The notes below the pieces were generated by a model, which saw only the letters and a list, made by a program, of their open reading frames with translations, was not told the origin of the DNA and made no database searches. From positions 1 to 64,000 of IMG/VR virus record IMGVR_UViG_3300019471_000109: a DNA stretch of 64,000 bases, one strand, 5' to 3'. The stretch is from a virus. Positions 10,858 through 21,606 of the stretch are shown piece after piece. Every line of letters begins with the position of its first letter. Within the stretch, counting starts at the first letter, position 1. Position numbers and translations under genes: made by a program.

Positions 10858-11268
10858 TTATTTCCAAAATTTTAATAATTTATAAAGTAATGATTCTTCT
10901 TTTGTTGGATATTCAACAACAGGTTCCCAAGAAACCTTAACAATATATCTAATGAATATACTATATTCTGCTTTATACCCATTTGCTTTAAAAATTTTAA
11001 CAAGCTTTTCACATATTTCAACAACTTTTTCATGAAGTCCTAATGCTTGCATATCTATAACATGAAATGGGATATCTCTTTCGTTTTCTAGAAATATGCT
11101 AGCTTGATAATCACCTTCTTTTGCTTTATATGCAATTTCTTGATTTAAATCATTAATGAATTTATTAATATCATTAAGTTCTTCAAGAATTTCACCAGCT
11201 TTATCACGTAAAGGTGATAATTCTCTAGGAATATTAATATCAATTGGTTTAGCTGTTATTTCAGTCAT
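10858..11268 (-). CDS. Hypothetical protein
   Basis: ORF track. Confidence 0.55.
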   Translation of the reverse strand: MTEITAKPIDINIPRELSPLRDKAGEILEELNDINKFINDLNQEIAYKAKEGDYQASIFLENERDIPFHVIDMQALGLHEKVVEICEKLVKIFKANGYKAEYSIFIRYIVKVSWEPVVEYPTKEESLLYKLLKFWK

Positions 11269-11348
11269 TTAAAGTCCTTGTAGTTAAGTTAAATATCTAT
11301 ATAACTTTTATATAATAAATTAAAAATAAATTAATTAAACTTATAATT

Positions 11349-12857
11349 ATGATTAGATTCTAGAAAATTAATGAAACATACGGTAAAATCTAGACTCTTG
11401 ACAACGATGCCTTATGGGAAATTAAAGATTATTGTTAGTTTCAACCAGAAGGCTATAGATTTAACAAAAAATATAAATATGGTGCTTGGTCCGGAAAGAT
11501 TTAGCTCGTTGGATAGAATGGAGAATTTCCATTAGGTTTACTAAAAATCATTGTTAAATTTTGCGTAGAGTCTAAATATAAAATCGAAATCTCTGATACA
11601 TTAAAAACTCATAAAGCATTTGAATCAAAAGAAGAATTTGATAAATGGATCGATTCAAAAGAAATTTGGGCTAAAGGTGTTAGAATTGATCCATATTGGT
11701 ATCAAAGAGAATCTGTTTTTCAAGCATTACAAAAAACCCGTGGAATTATTAATGCGCCTACTTCAGCTGGTAAATCTTTAATGATTGCATTACTTGCAAA
11801 ATGGTTTTCGGAAAATTTTGATCAAAAGGTATTGGTGATTGTTCCAACTACATCTTTAACTGTGCAAATGAAAAATGATTTAGTTGACTATAGATTATTC
11901 AAAGAATCTGATATCGCTGAAATTAGATCCGGAACTTCTCATTTTGTTTATGATAAAACAGTTGTAGTTTAGACCTGGCAATCCGCTCATAAAAAAGACC
12001 CTGAATGGTTTGAACAATTTGGAATGCTTATTGTTGATGAAACACATTTAGCTACAGGTGCTAGCATATAGCAAATGGTTAAACTAATGACTAATTGTGT
12101 TTATAAGATAGGTTTATCCGGTTAGTTAAAAGATGGTAAAGCAAACATTTTAAATTATATCGGTTTATTTGGCGATATTATTAAACTTGTTTAGACTAAT
12201 CAGTTAATGGAAGAAGGACAAGTTGCTAAATTAAAAATCAAAGCACTAAAAATTGATTATCCGGAATCAGACAAAAAAGAGCATAAAAAAGATACTTACG
12301 ACGAAGAAATAAAATTCATTACAAAAAATGAAAAACGTAGTAAATTGCTAGCAAAACTTGCTATTGGGTGTTCTTCAAAAAATAATGATGAAAATACTTT
12401 GTTAATGTTTAGATATTAGGAACATGGTAAAATGATGTACGAAGAAATTTGTAAATCATATCCAAAAGAAAAAGTATTTTTTATTAATGGTGAAATTAAA
12501 ACTAAAGATCGCGTAAAAATTCAAGAATTAGCAGATAAAGTTTCTGGTATTATTATTGTGGCATAGTACGCAACAACAGGTACTGGTATCAGTATTAAAA
12601 ATCTTTAGAATGTTATTTTTGGATAGCCGATTAAATCTAAAGTAACAGTGTTACAAACAATCGGAAGATCTTTAAGATTACATAAAGATAAAGAATTTGC
12701 TACAGTTTATGATATTATTGATGATTTAAGTATCAGATCTGCAAAAACTGGAAAAATTACCCATTAGAATTATGCACTAAAACATGGATTAGATCGTATT
12801 AAACGATATAATGAAGAGAAATTTGAATACTAGATTAATTCTTATTAGTTAAAATAA
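11349..12857 (+). CDS. uvsW: UvsW helicase (SF2 DNA/RNA helicase), 502 aa with 16 in-frame TAG
   Basis: Aligns along its whole length with T4 UvsW (NAPTSAGKSLM, VIVPTTSLT, VVV-TAG-TWQ, DETHLATG, LSG-TAG-LKDGKAN, IVA-TAG-YA, VLQTIGRSLR). The track ORFs 11781.. and 12207.. are in-frame pieces. Confidence 0.8.
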
Positions 12858-12880
12858 AAGGAGCTTAATTGCTCCTTTTT
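12858..12880. terminator. Rho-independent terminator (GGAGC ttaatt GCTCC + T-run)
   Basis: Hairpin plus T-tract directly after the uvsW TAA. Confidence 0.6.
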
Positions 12881-13052
12881 AATTTGTTATGATGCATCGA
12901 CACCCATATTATACTTCCCAACCTTCGTTAGAAATAAATCCATCCCAAGCTTCTGCTGGCGAGCCGTTCCATCCTTCAGAAAGTGTGCCACGTAATTTAA
13001 TAGAATTAATGATTTTACTTAATTCTAAATTTAATAAACCTAATTTACTCAT
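12879..13052 (-). CDS. Small hypothetical protein (57 aa, 1 TAG)
   Basis: Minus-strand ORF in the same direction as the downstream operon. The antisense + ORF 12889..13071 is an alternative reading. Confidence 0.3.
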
Positions 13053-13062
13053 TAAACACTCC

Positions 13063-13257
13063 TTAACTTAATAATTGATATTCAGAAATCTCATTATTTA
13101 CTGATTCAGTAATTGGTTTATCATGATAATTTTCATTATCTTTTGTTAATAATTCAACCATTACCTGGGCACAATAACCTTTATGGACTTTCTTGCCCAT
13201 AATTTCTTCTACATCTTGATCTAATAATTCAGTTTTACAAATAGGACAAATTCTCAT
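13063..13257 (-). CDS. Small Cys-containing protein (CPIC...C, possible zinc ribbon)
   Basis: ORF track. Confidence 0.5.
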   Translation of the reverse strand: MRICPICKTELLDQDVEEIMGKKVHKGYCAQVMVELLTKDNENYHDKPITESVNNEISEYQLLS

Positions 13258-13258
13258 T

Positions 13259-14119
13259 TTATACCTCTAATTCTTTTATCGGATTTTTGTATAATCTTTT
13301 TTCATATTTTTCTTCATATCCATAAGGATTTGAAATAAACTTAATACCTTGTTCTTCAAATTCAATTGGGCTATGAATATGTCCAGAAATCCAATAATTT
13401 GGCTTTCTTTGTAGATCTTTAAACATTTTAGAACAATCAGTAAAATATGAATAATCTAATAATTCAATTTCCGGTTTCCAGTTTCTAAGTTTTCTAAAAT
13501 TATCAACAAACTTTTGCAAAGGAGCATGATGTGTAACTACAATAAATGCTTGATCTTTTCTTAATCCTTGTGAAGCAGAAATTAATTTTTGCCAAGATTG
13601 ATCAAATTCAACAAATGCATCTTCTGGTAAAAATTTTCTATAACCAGCTTTTAGAATCATTTTTCCGAAATCATTCATTTTTAATTTTGCTTCTAACATC
13701 GCCATCGGTTCTGCCTTATTAAAATTTGTCCATAATGTTGCACCGTAAATTCTTACGGGTTTATCTTTTATAAACAAATCAATATATTCTTTTTCTAAAA
13801 AATATAAATTAGAAAATAATTCTTGTTGTATTGATTTGCAAAAGAATTTAGAATCAGTTAATTGATTTTGGTAATTTTCATGGTTTCCCTTAATTAAAAT
13901 AACTGGGCAACCAAAAGAACACATATGTCTGATAAATGTGATATATTTCCCTTTAGCAGTTGAGTTATGACATTGACCTATATCACCAGCTAAAATAATT
14001 AAATCAAATTCATCTGTTTCTTTAATTTTTAATAACTTAAAAACAGTTTCTTTATCAGATAAATCAGAATCCCAGAAGTCAATATGAAAGTCAGACGCAA
14101 TAAATGTTTTTAATTTCAC
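13259..14119 (-). CDS. Calcineurin-like metallophosphoesterase
   Basis: DFH, GDIG and GNHE metallophosphatase motifs. It uses a GTG start. Confidence 0.7.
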   Translation of the reverse strand: MKLKTFIASDFHIDFWDSDLSDKETVFKLLKIKETDEFDLIILAGDIGQCHNSTAKGKYITFIRHMCSFGCPVILIKGNHENYQNQLTDSKFFCKSIQQELFSNLYFLEKEYIDLFIKDKPVRIYGATLWTNFNKAEPMAMLEAKLKMNDFGKMILKAGYRKFLPEDAFVEFDQSWQKLISASQGLRKDQAFIVVTHHAPLQKFVDNFRKLRNWKPEIELLDYSYFTDCSKMFKDLQRKPNYWISGHIHSPIEFEEQGIKFISNPYGYEEKYEKRLYKNPIKELEV

Positions 14120-14533
14120 TTAGAATTCCCCTTGTTCAAATTTATCCCTGTCTAGAATATTCTTCAATGCAAATCCACGTTGTTTAATTGCTTCTAATGC
14201 TTCTCGAATAAAATCTAATTTTAAGCTTAATACATATAACTTCTAGTCTGCTTTTTGTAATTCAGTATCAGCCGCTAAAACAATTTTCAATTCAGACTTT
14301 TCATATGATTCCATACAAATACCTTCGCGGCCAGTATAATAATCAAGTCTTGCTTTTAATGTTCTAGATTTTTCATTTTCAGCTTGCTTCATTAAAAATT
14401 TTACGTTCTAAAAATAATTAAGCCACTTAGAATACAAGTAAGGATTATTTGCGATTTGCTATTGCAACCCAATTAGATTAATTTTAATATCTTCAGCAAG
14501 TTCTTGCTGTAATTGTTCTAAATTTTTTTCCAT
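14120..14533 (-). CDS. uvsY: UvsY recombination mediator (137 aa, 3 in-frame TAG)
   Basis: Clear similarity to T4 UvsY (LYSKWLN, KARLDYYTGR, YEKSELK, RGFALKNI). Confidence 0.8.
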
Positions 14534-14547
14534 AATTACATAAAAAT

Positions 14548-14572
14548 AAAGGTAGACTTATTATCTACCTTA
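14548..14572 (-). terminator. Terminator hairpin (AGGTAGA...TCTACCT) downstream of nadV
   Basis: Inverted repeat plus T-run on the minus strand. Confidence 0.5.
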
Positions 14573-14603
14573 TAATATAATTTTATTTAAGCTTTGTAAC
14601 TTT

Positions 14604-16244
14604 TTAGTTCATTCTGTTATTTCTACGAACATCATCGAATGAATATTCTTTAATCAATTGACCGTTTTCAAATACAAGTTCAAGTTTACCGCCTTCATCT
14701 TGCCCTTTTGACAAATTATCAATAAAGGTTTCAGAATCTAAAACTTTTACACGGCCTTTTTGCGATTTTTTCATTCCGCTATCAGTTTTTGGATCTTTGA
14801 AAATCGGAACTTCTTTACCGTTAATAATTGCTGAAGTTGCTTTGATTGCAAATCCAAAAGTATCACGAGTATTATATTGGAATGTATATGATCCGATACC
14901 TAAGACGATATTACTTGAAGCAAAACCTTTTTCTTTTAATCTTGAAAGAATTTGTTCAGCACGTTCTAAAGTAATAGAATCGCCGTAAATAGCACCGATA
15001 TGAGGATCTAAAACTTTATATCCTTTATCATTAATATATCCACCGAAAGTTTCATATAAGCACTGAATCAAGCCTTTTACATAAGGTTCATTTGTTACTA
15101 ATTTGAAACTAGGTTCAAAAATATTTGTACTTGTTACTAAATAGATATCTTCATTAATAATACAATATTTAGGACCAAAGACTGGCGAATTTACATAATA
15201 ATTAAATGCGTCTTTTAATGAATTGAAGTTAAATGCTTCAGATAAATCTACGCCACAAATAATTTCAACAGGATCGCCAGAATCTGGGCGAATAACCAAT
15301 TTACCTTCACGATTTAAAATTTTATCTTTTAACGCAGGCAAAACATTTTCAACCACGTTCCAGAAATCATATGTGTCCGATACAACTGAGAAAATACCTT
15401 CTTTATATAAATCAAGTAAAAATTCAAATGTTTTCTTATCATCTAAACCGTGTGAACTCATTACAGAATGTTCTGTTGCAGGAATACTTGTTCCAACTAA
15501 ACCTTCTGCGTTATAATATTTTTCAACAGCAGTAATTGCTGGGATTGTATCAGTTCCAACAAATGATACCAAATGGCCTAATCCAGATAATTCAGCAGAT
15601 TCTAAAGAACTCATTCCACGCATTGAAAAATCATGACCTTGGAACATAATATGATTATTATTATCACAAGTTTCTTCAGAGTATTTTTCAAAGATTTTTC
15701 GATATGCTAAAGAAATAGATGCAGAAGTCATTGGTTGCCATGTAGTGCAGCTAATTAAAGTTTCAAAATAATTTGTTAACCAATAAAATTTAGGATGTGT
15801 ATTTTCGATTGTCATTACCGGAACTTTAATTCCAACCGCTTCGCCTTCAGGAATTGCTTTAATTCTTAGCGGTAAGTAGCCAAGTTCATGAAGTTCTTTA
15901 AGGTGTTCGCCATTGTCTTCAACACCTAATGTATTTTTAATAAATGCTTTATACTGAGCTAAAACTTGTTTTAACGGAACTTTAAAGAAGTTATCATTAA
16001 AGAAATCAATTAAGTATTTTTTAATTAAGTATTGAAATCCTAATACAACAACTTGGTCAATAGGTTTTTCATTAACTTTTGGAGCATATTTATTTGTACG
16101 AGGAGTTAATGTACTATAAATTACTTCAGTTCCCGTTGGGTATTGCGCTCGATGCGAAATTTTATAAAAATCGCATAATAAAGCAGGGATACTTGATGTT
16201 TTTAAAATATTATTCATTAGTCTCTCCTTTATAATTGTAGTCAA
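14604..16244 (-). CDS. nadV: Nicotinamide phosphoribosyltransferase (NadV/NAMPT)
   Basis: 546-aa ORF with the overall NAMPT architecture. No TAG. Confidence 0.85.
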   Translation of the reverse strand: MTTIIKERLMNNILKTSSIPALLCDFYKISHRAQYPTGTEVIYSTLTPRTNKYAPKVNEKPIDQVVVLGFQYLIKKYLIDFFNDNFFKVPLKQVLAQYKAFIKNTLGVEDNGEHLKELHELGYLPLRIKAIPEGEAVGIKVPVMTIENTHPKFYWLTNYFETLISCTTWQPMTSASISLAYRKIFEKYSEETCDNNNHIMFQGHDFSMRGMSSLESAELSGLGHLVSFVGTDTIPAITAVEKYYNAEGLVGTSIPATEHSVMSSHGLDDKKTFEFLLDLYKEGIFSVVSDTYDFWNVVENVLPALKDKILNREGKLVIRPDSGDPVEIICGVDLSEAFNFNSLKDAFNYYVNSPVFGPKYCIINEDIYLVTSTNIFEPSFKLVTNEPYVKGLIQCLYETFGGYINDKGYKVLDPHIGAIYGDSITLERAEQILSRLKEKGFASSNIVLGIGSYTFQYNTRDTFGFAIKATSAIINGKEVPIFKDPKTDSGMKKSQKGRVKVLDSETFIDNLSKGQDEGGKLELVFENGQLIKEYSFDDVRRNNRMN

Positions 16245-17073
16245 ATGAATTTGATGTAGTTACTGATTTAAGATCGTCAAGATCTTTTAGTTTTCCTGAA
16301 AAGAATGATCTTTCAAGATGCGATACAATTAAATGAAAACCTGGAATAAACCAACGTTTTTTAATTTCATCAATCGCGCCTATAAATGTTCCTCCATAAG
16401 AACAAATATCATCCACAATAACAACTTCTTTATGGTCGAAGTCATTAACATCAGATAATACTTTCAAGTCAAACGATAATAACTTACCGGTGTTAAAATC
16501 TCTGATTTTTTCAATTGAAATTGCGCCATAAAATTCATTTGCTAAATGACCATAACGTTTAACCGCGGTTTTATCTGGAAAGCAAATTACATAATCCTTT
16601 AATGTTTTTCCAAGTGGAATTTCTGCTATTTTAAATGAATTATAAATTAACGAATCAATTTTGTTAATATTTTCTACATTTTTAACAACATTCAATAACA
16701 TATCTGAATGAGCATCATTGACAATTACTTTTTCAAATCCCAATGAATTTATGAAATCCGCTGCATATTGCAATGAAAAGAATTGATTAGGTGTTTTTAC
16801 ACGGTCCATTCTTGCGTACGGAAAATACGGAATATGTAATTCTTTAAAATTTTTATAATAAGGTGGAATTCCAGGCATACCTTGTTTCATGCTTTTGATT
16901 TTTTGAACAATAAACCATAAAGTCATAAAATCTTTATCATCTTTATAATGCCATTTGATAACAACATCTTTTGATTTCAAAATTGCATTTAGATTTTCTT
17001 CTGATAACTCAAGAATTTGTTCTCCAACAGGGTATTCATTTTGTATAAATTCCGTTCCGTTTATCGTAATCAT
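16210..17073 (-). CDS. prs: Ribose-phosphate pyrophosphokinase-like (Prs; PRPP-binding motif VVIVDDICSYGGTF)
   Basis: Type-I phosphoribosyltransferase/Prs motifs. The start is set at the internal ATG with an AGGAG RBS; the track's N-terminal extension overlaps nadV. Confidence 0.7.
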   Translation of the reverse strand: MITINGTEFIQNEYPVGEQILELSEENLNAILKSKDVVIKWHYKDDKDFMTLWFIVQKIKSMKQGMPGIPPYYKNFKELHIPYFPYARMDRVKTPNQFFSLQYAADFINSLGFEKVIVNDAHSDMLLNVVKNVENINKIDSLIYNSFKIAEIPLGKTLKDYVICFPDKTAVKRYGHLANEFYGAISIEKIRDFNTGKLLSFDLKVLSDVNDFDHKEVVIVDDICSYGGTFIGAIDEIKKRWFIPGFHLIVSHLERSFFSGKLKDLDDLKSVTTSNSFDYNYKGETNE

Positions 17074-17207
17074 AAGATCTCCTATTAAGTTAAACAAAAT
17101 AATTTGAATTTTAATAATAATAATTAAAGAAATTACTTTTATTTGTAAAAATAGTATCATCTAGAATGTACTTTTTCATCTTAAATGATAAATTATATCA
17201 GATAATA

Positions 17208-17278
17208 TCTAGAATGCATTCTAGAGTGTTCTAGATGCATTTATAAGATTTAGTAGAAAATCTGAATAAATATTCAGA
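17208..17278. promoter_or_regulatory. Two perfect palindromes (TCTAGAATGCATTCTAGA at 17208-17225; TCTGAATA-AA-TATTCAGA at 17261-17278) in a 420-bp intergenic region
   Basis: Read directly. Additional TCTAGA-containing half-sites lie at 17161-17235. Confidence 0.4.
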
Positions 17279-17585
17279 AAAACTGAATAATTATACGGTA
17301 GTTTAATAAAATCAAATAGATACACTATCAAAAATTCTATCATAAAACTTTATTCCTTTCTAAATCAATAGGTTATGCATTAGAAGTTAAAAAGTGCATT
17401 TTGACTAGTATAATAAGAATTAAGTTCTGCCGGTTGGGTTAGATATATAGAAAAGAGACTGGAATTAAAATCTTGATATACAAATAATAGAAATAAATAA
17501 AATATCAGATTGGAGCTTGCTCCGTTGACTGGAAACCAGTCAACTAATTCTAGTTTTATAGAAAGGTAAAAAGGTATTTGCTTTA

Positions 17586-18113
17586 ATGAATATATTTCCT
17601 AATAAATAGATAGCTCATAATATAAGAGTAGAATTTCCTTAGTTAAGAGATCAGACTGTTGCTAGTTCATGGGCAGCTCAGATGACTCAGTTACCTTAGT
17701 TTACATTAAATGCTTCTCAGATTGCAAATGGTCCTTGGATGATGTCTAGTATTCCAGCAGCATCAGTACAGTTTGAACCTATCACAATTTAGTTTTTACT
17801 TGATGAGAAATGGCAAGTATACGAAGAAATGTATAAATGGGCTCTAGGTGAAGGTGATTATATCAAAGGTCATTAGAATGAAATAACTACAACTCCTAGA
17901 GATATGCTTATTCATGTGTTAGATAATAAAAATGAAAAGATTGTAATGACATTCAGATTTTCTAAAGCATTTCCTAGTATGTTTGGTGGCGTTGATTTCG
18001 ATTACACAGATGAGCAATCTACATATAATAAACTTCAAATAACCTTCCAGTATGCATGGTTTACTATTGAGAGAAATGGCGAAACATTATATAAAGCTAA
18101 ATTCAAGAAATAA
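17586..18113 (+). CDS. 19: Tail tube protein (T4 gp19-like), 175 aa, 5 in-frame TAG
   Basis: Similarity to T4 gp19 (N-terminal NIRVEF versus NLFQVEI; the C-terminal half). The track ORF 17904..18113 is its C-terminus. Confidence 0.65.
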
Positions 18114-18168
18114 GTTAATTAAAAGATCATTTTGTTATAATTAAAATTATTTTTAGCAAGGAGATTTT

Positions 18169-18840
18169 ATGGTTATTGTATTAACTGGTCAAAAACGAAC
18201 AGGTAAATCTACTGCAGCTGATTTCTTCAATAAGAAGGGATTTAAATCAGTTGCTTTAGCAGATGGATTTAAACGTGATTTAGCGTTTACTATTGATAGA
18301 TTAAAATTTTTAGGTAGACCGTTTAGTTATCAAGACGCGAATGGCGAAACTGAATTTGATAGAGAAGAAAAGATTTTTTCTAAATTTATAAGCGAAATTA
18401 TTGTTCAAGAAACTTTTAAAAGAATTTTAGGTGACGATCAAAAATATTATTTTGTTGATGATATTATTGATGAGTATTTTGATTCAGATGAACGAGAAAT
18501 GTATTCATTTCGTGAATTGATGCAAATAACTGGTACTGATATTGGTTGTGATGAAATTGATACACAAATTTGGACGAAAAAAACTATTTCAGAAATTATT
18601 AATTCTAAAGAACAAAATTTTATTATTTCAGATTGTCGGCAAGATCACGAGTTAAATGCATTTCGTAAATTAGGATTTAAAGTTTTACATATTAAACGAG
18701 ATACAACAGGAATTGTTGAAACTGATACTCATATTACAGAAAGACCTTTGTTAATCAAAGATAATGATATAGTTATTAATAATAATGGAACTTTAGATGA
18801 ATTTTATATCAAGTTAAATAATTTTTTACACAAGGAATAA
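18169..18840 (+). CDS. 1: Deoxynucleoside monophosphate kinase (T4 gp1-like)
   Basis: P-loop GQKRTGKST and DCRQDHE, with overall similarity to T4 gp1. Confidence 0.85.
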   Translation: MVIVLTGQKRTGKSTAADFFNKKGFKSVALADGFKRDLAFTIDRLKFLGRPFSYQDANGETEFDREEKIFSKFISEIIVQETFKRILGDDQKYYFVDDIIDEYFDSDEREMYSFRELMQITGTDIGCDEIDTQIWTKKTISEIINSKEQNFIISDCRQDHELNAFRKLGFKVLHIKRDTTGIVETDTHITERPLLIKDNDIVINNNGTLDEFYIKLNNFLHKE

Positions 18841-18842
18841 AA

Positions 18843-19109
18843 ATGGACCAAACTCAATTATTATAGCAATTACAACAACAAAATGCTGCGTTAAAAATTC
18901 GTGTATTTGATGCGGAAGAAGAATTAAACCATATCAAAACAAATATACAATCGTTTTTGAATGGTGTTGCTGATTTACTTCAACAAGATCAAATTACTCT
19001 TCAGACTGTTTATGATTATATTAAAGAGATTCATCCTGAATCTCAAAAAGAAGCAACTGATACTAATAATGATAACGGTGAAACATTATTGTTAGAGGGT
19101 AAAGAATGA
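18843..19109 (+). CDS. Small coiled-coil protein (88 aa, 1 TAG)
   Basis: Continuous frame; its stop TGA overlaps the next ATG. Confidence 0.45.
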
Positions 19110-19552
19110 GTAAAGTAAATTATGTTGGATGTAATCTTGGTAAAGTTGCTCAACAGATGATTTCTGACCTTTATAAAGAATATAAAATTCCAGAAGAAAA
19201 TCAAGTTAACTTAGACGATTTACATATTACTATTTTCAAGTCAGCTGAATTATTTGATTTTGATGACGATGAAAAAAATCTTTTAGAAGCTTTAGATTTT
19301 AATGAAGTAGAAATTGATTATTGGACACCAACTGGCAATCAAATGATTCTAAAAGTTAAATCTCAATTTTGTAATGATATATTTGAATCGTTACAAAAAA
19401 TTGCGAAACCGATTTATGATGATTATATTCCTCATATCACAATCGCAAGAGATTTACCGGTTGAAGTATTAAATACTTTACCAGAAAGATTAACTAAAGT
19501 AAAATTGAAATATTATCCAATTATTACAGAAGTTTATTCTAAAGTTCTTTAA
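19106..19552 (+). CDS. 2H phosphoesterase (LigT-like) paralogue
   Basis: HITIF and HITIA motifs (two H-x-T-x). Confidence 0.7.
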   Translation: MSKVNYVGCNLGKVAQQMISDLYKEYKIPEENQVNLDDLHITIFKSAELFDFDDDEKNLLEALDFNEVEIDYWTPTGNQMILKVKSQFCNDIFESLQKIAKPIYDDYIPHITIARDLPVEVLNTLPERLTKVKLKYYPIITEVYSKVL

Positions 19553-19594
19553 CAATTTAAATAATTTAAAGTTATATTAAACAATAATATGGTA

Positions 19595-19720
19595 TTATAG
19601 ATCTGTAAACAACAATACGGATCTATAATTTAAACAATATAATAGATTACATGCAGCAACAAAATAGTACTGTTGATTATTAGGTATATAAAAAGAGTGT
19701 AATCTGTTATATTGTTTCAT
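19595..19720 (-). CDS. Small hydrophobic peptide (41 aa) with a strong AGGAGG RBS
   Basis: Minus-strand ORF preceded by AGGAGG at an 8-nt spacing. Confidence 0.3.
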   Translation of the reverse strand: MKQYNRLHSFYIPNNQQYYFVAACNLLYCLNYRSVLLFTDL

Positions 19721-19886
19721 AAGTCCTCCTTGTTGTTTAAGTTGAAACGATTTAGCTTGCAGTAGTATAAAATACAGCAGATCTTATATTAAAATAAGAA
19801 ATTTTCATTTTGGTTGAAAAAAGTTCGAGTAACAGGTCTTGAATTAAAATAATAAAATCTGGAACTATGCAAGCTGTTTTTAATTT

Positions 19887-19963
19887 GGTCCTATGGTATA
19901 GATTGGTTAACATACTGCGCTGTCACCGCGGAGTCACGGGTTCGAGCCCCGTTAGGACCGCCA
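19887..19963 (+). tRNA. tRNA-Asp (GTC)
   Basis: Cloverleaf folded by hand: acceptor GGTCCTA/TAGGACC, anticodon loop CTGTCAC, GGTTCGAGCC T-arm, CCA encoded. Confidence 0.85.
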
Positions 19964-20060
19964 ATTTCAAAAACAACTATAAAAATTTAGTGTTTTAGCG
20001 CTGATGTTCAAGGTTATAATAAATTAACTACAAGGCCTAGTTGTTCACTATTTATTAAAT

Positions 20061-20137
20061 GCCCCGTTAATTCAATTGGATAGAATATTCGCCTTCTAAG
20101 CGAACTGTTGCAGATTCGAATTCTGCACGGGGTGCCA
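20061..20137 (+). tRNA. tRNA-Arg (TCT)
   Basis: Acceptor GCCCCGT/ACGGGGT, anticodon loop CTTCTAA, TTCGAAT T-loop, CCA encoded. Confidence 0.85.
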
Positions 20138-20234
20138 AATATTTTAAATCAGAATACTAACAGCAATAATTATTTTTATATTTTTCATGGTTAGATAGAA
20201 CGATAAAACAGTATTCTGTTTTAAAATATTTCAT

Positions 20235-20308
20235 GCGTCTATGGTATAATGGTATTATTCTTGGCTTCCAACCAAGTGATGAGAGTTCGATTCTCTCTAG
20301 CCGCACCA
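20235..20308 (+). tRNA. tRNA-Gly (TCC)
   Basis: D-arm GTATAATGGTAT as in T4 tRNA-Gly, anticodon loop CTTCCAA, TTCGATT T-loop. One T-C mismatch at acceptor position 4:69. Confidence 0.75.
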
Positions 20309-20531
20309 AATTATAAAATAAAAGTTTATACATAATTTTGTATGATATAATAAAACAGAATTACGTAATCGTGAGTGAACCACGTTAATAGTTCGGTAAG
20401 AGAGGCAAAGTACTCCTTATGGCTAAAACAGAGGTGTAGTTAGTAAAGACAATGTCTAAAGTCGAATTACTAAGTTTAATTTTATATTAAATGGTTTATA
20501 GATACCCAAACGAAATCTAAGAAGACACGTA

Positions 20532-21299
20532 TTATGTATTCTTTTTGCAGTATTTACTACAAAATTTTACTTTAGATTTTCTTTTATTATTAGTAGAAAA
20601 TTCTTTGTTACATCTATCACAAATGTATGTATATTTTGGTTTGTAATTTTGATACATTTCTTGTAATTTTTTATTAGGAAAATTAACTTTAAACCAATTG
20701 AACATAAAATCTAAATCTTTCTTATATAATATTTGTATATTATATCCTTGTGATTTTGCAGCATTTAATTTTAAATCTACTAATGGGGTATGAAATCCTT
20801 TTATTTCTATGATTGTATTATCTCCTAGAATAAAATCTGGATAATATTTTTTATTATTATCATATAAAATATAGAAATCACATCTTTTGAATTTTATATT
20901 ATGATGTAAATTATAGATTACCCATAGTAATTCATATGTTGACCCGCAAAATATATTGTTATAATAACCCTGGATAGATCGACCACTATTTTCTCTATAT
21001 CCTCCGGTGTTACCTTTATTAACATTAGAAATATGTTTCGCAGCACATTCTAGGGAACAACATTTTTTATTCTCTTGACATGGATTGACATACATAATTT
21101 TATTACAAATAATACAATTTTTAATAATTTTAGGCTTCTTTAATTTTTCGGAAGCTTCTTTAAATTTAATCTAATTTTTGATAGATTTCTATAATTTTTC
21201 TTTATGTTCTTTAGACCATGATCTGCTATTAGCACATTTTCTAGAACAGAAAGCGCCGGATTTATTATGTAGTGTTTTACATTTAGGACATTCTTTCAT
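20532..21299 (-). CDS. Free-standing nuclease, probably a homing endonuclease: three CxxC...CxxxC zinc-ribbon repeats plus a PD-(D/E)xK-like core (YYPDF...IIEIKG); 2 in-frame TAG
   Basis: Track ORF 20532..21095 extended upstream through two TAGs to ATG (complement 21297-21299). It lies between tRNA genes, as segB does in T4. Confidence 0.55.
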
Positions 21300-21360
21300 A
21301 ATATTATTTTAAATAAAAAGTTATATATATTGATTATTTAAATAAAATCAATTTAAAAAT

Positions 21361-21388
21361 AAGGGTTCGATTCCCTTACGGAATACCA
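21361..21388 (+). pseudogene. Isolated tRNA 3' fragment (T-arm AAGGG TTCGATT CCCTT + ACGGAAT + A + CCA)
   Basis: T-arm and 3' acceptor strand with CCA, but no upstream D-arm or anticodon arm. Confidence 0.4.
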
Positions 21389-21508
21389 AATAAAAGTTTA
21401 CATACATAAATTTTTATGTATTATTAAAAAGAATTTTGGATTAACTACAGCAACTTAATTAGACTTGACTTTTAATCAATAATCTAGAAAGAATAATCCG
21501 TTTTATTT

Positions 21509-21584
21509 GGCTCAGTAGCACAATGGTTAGTGCGTTCGGCTGTTAACCGAGAGGTTATAGGTTCAAGTCCTATCTGGGCCGCCA
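21509..21584 (+). tRNA. tRNA-Asn (GTT)
   Basis: Acceptor GGCTCAG/CTGGGCC, anticodon loop CTGTTAA, CCA encoded. Confidence 0.85.
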
Positions 21585-21606
21585 AAATTTATTCTATTGA
21601 GTCTAT

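Noticed and set aside
12889-13071. Track ORF 12889..13071 (+), 60 aa
   Set aside because: It is antisense to a same-size minus-strand ORF that is co-directional with the downstream operon, and it has no RBS. The minus-strand reading is kept at low confidence.
16210-17160. The 316-aa track ORF as the full prs-like gene
   Set aside because: The first 29 residues overlap the 3' end of nadV and are hydrophobic and low-complexity. An internal ATG with an AGGAG RBS at complement 17071-17073 gives a sensible Prs N-terminus.
20340-20530. Possible group I intron or structured RNA downstream of tRNA-Gly near the zinc-ribbon endonuclease
   Set aside because: I could not recognise P/Q/R/S core elements by eye. 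The region is more simply the endonuclease gene's 3' flank.
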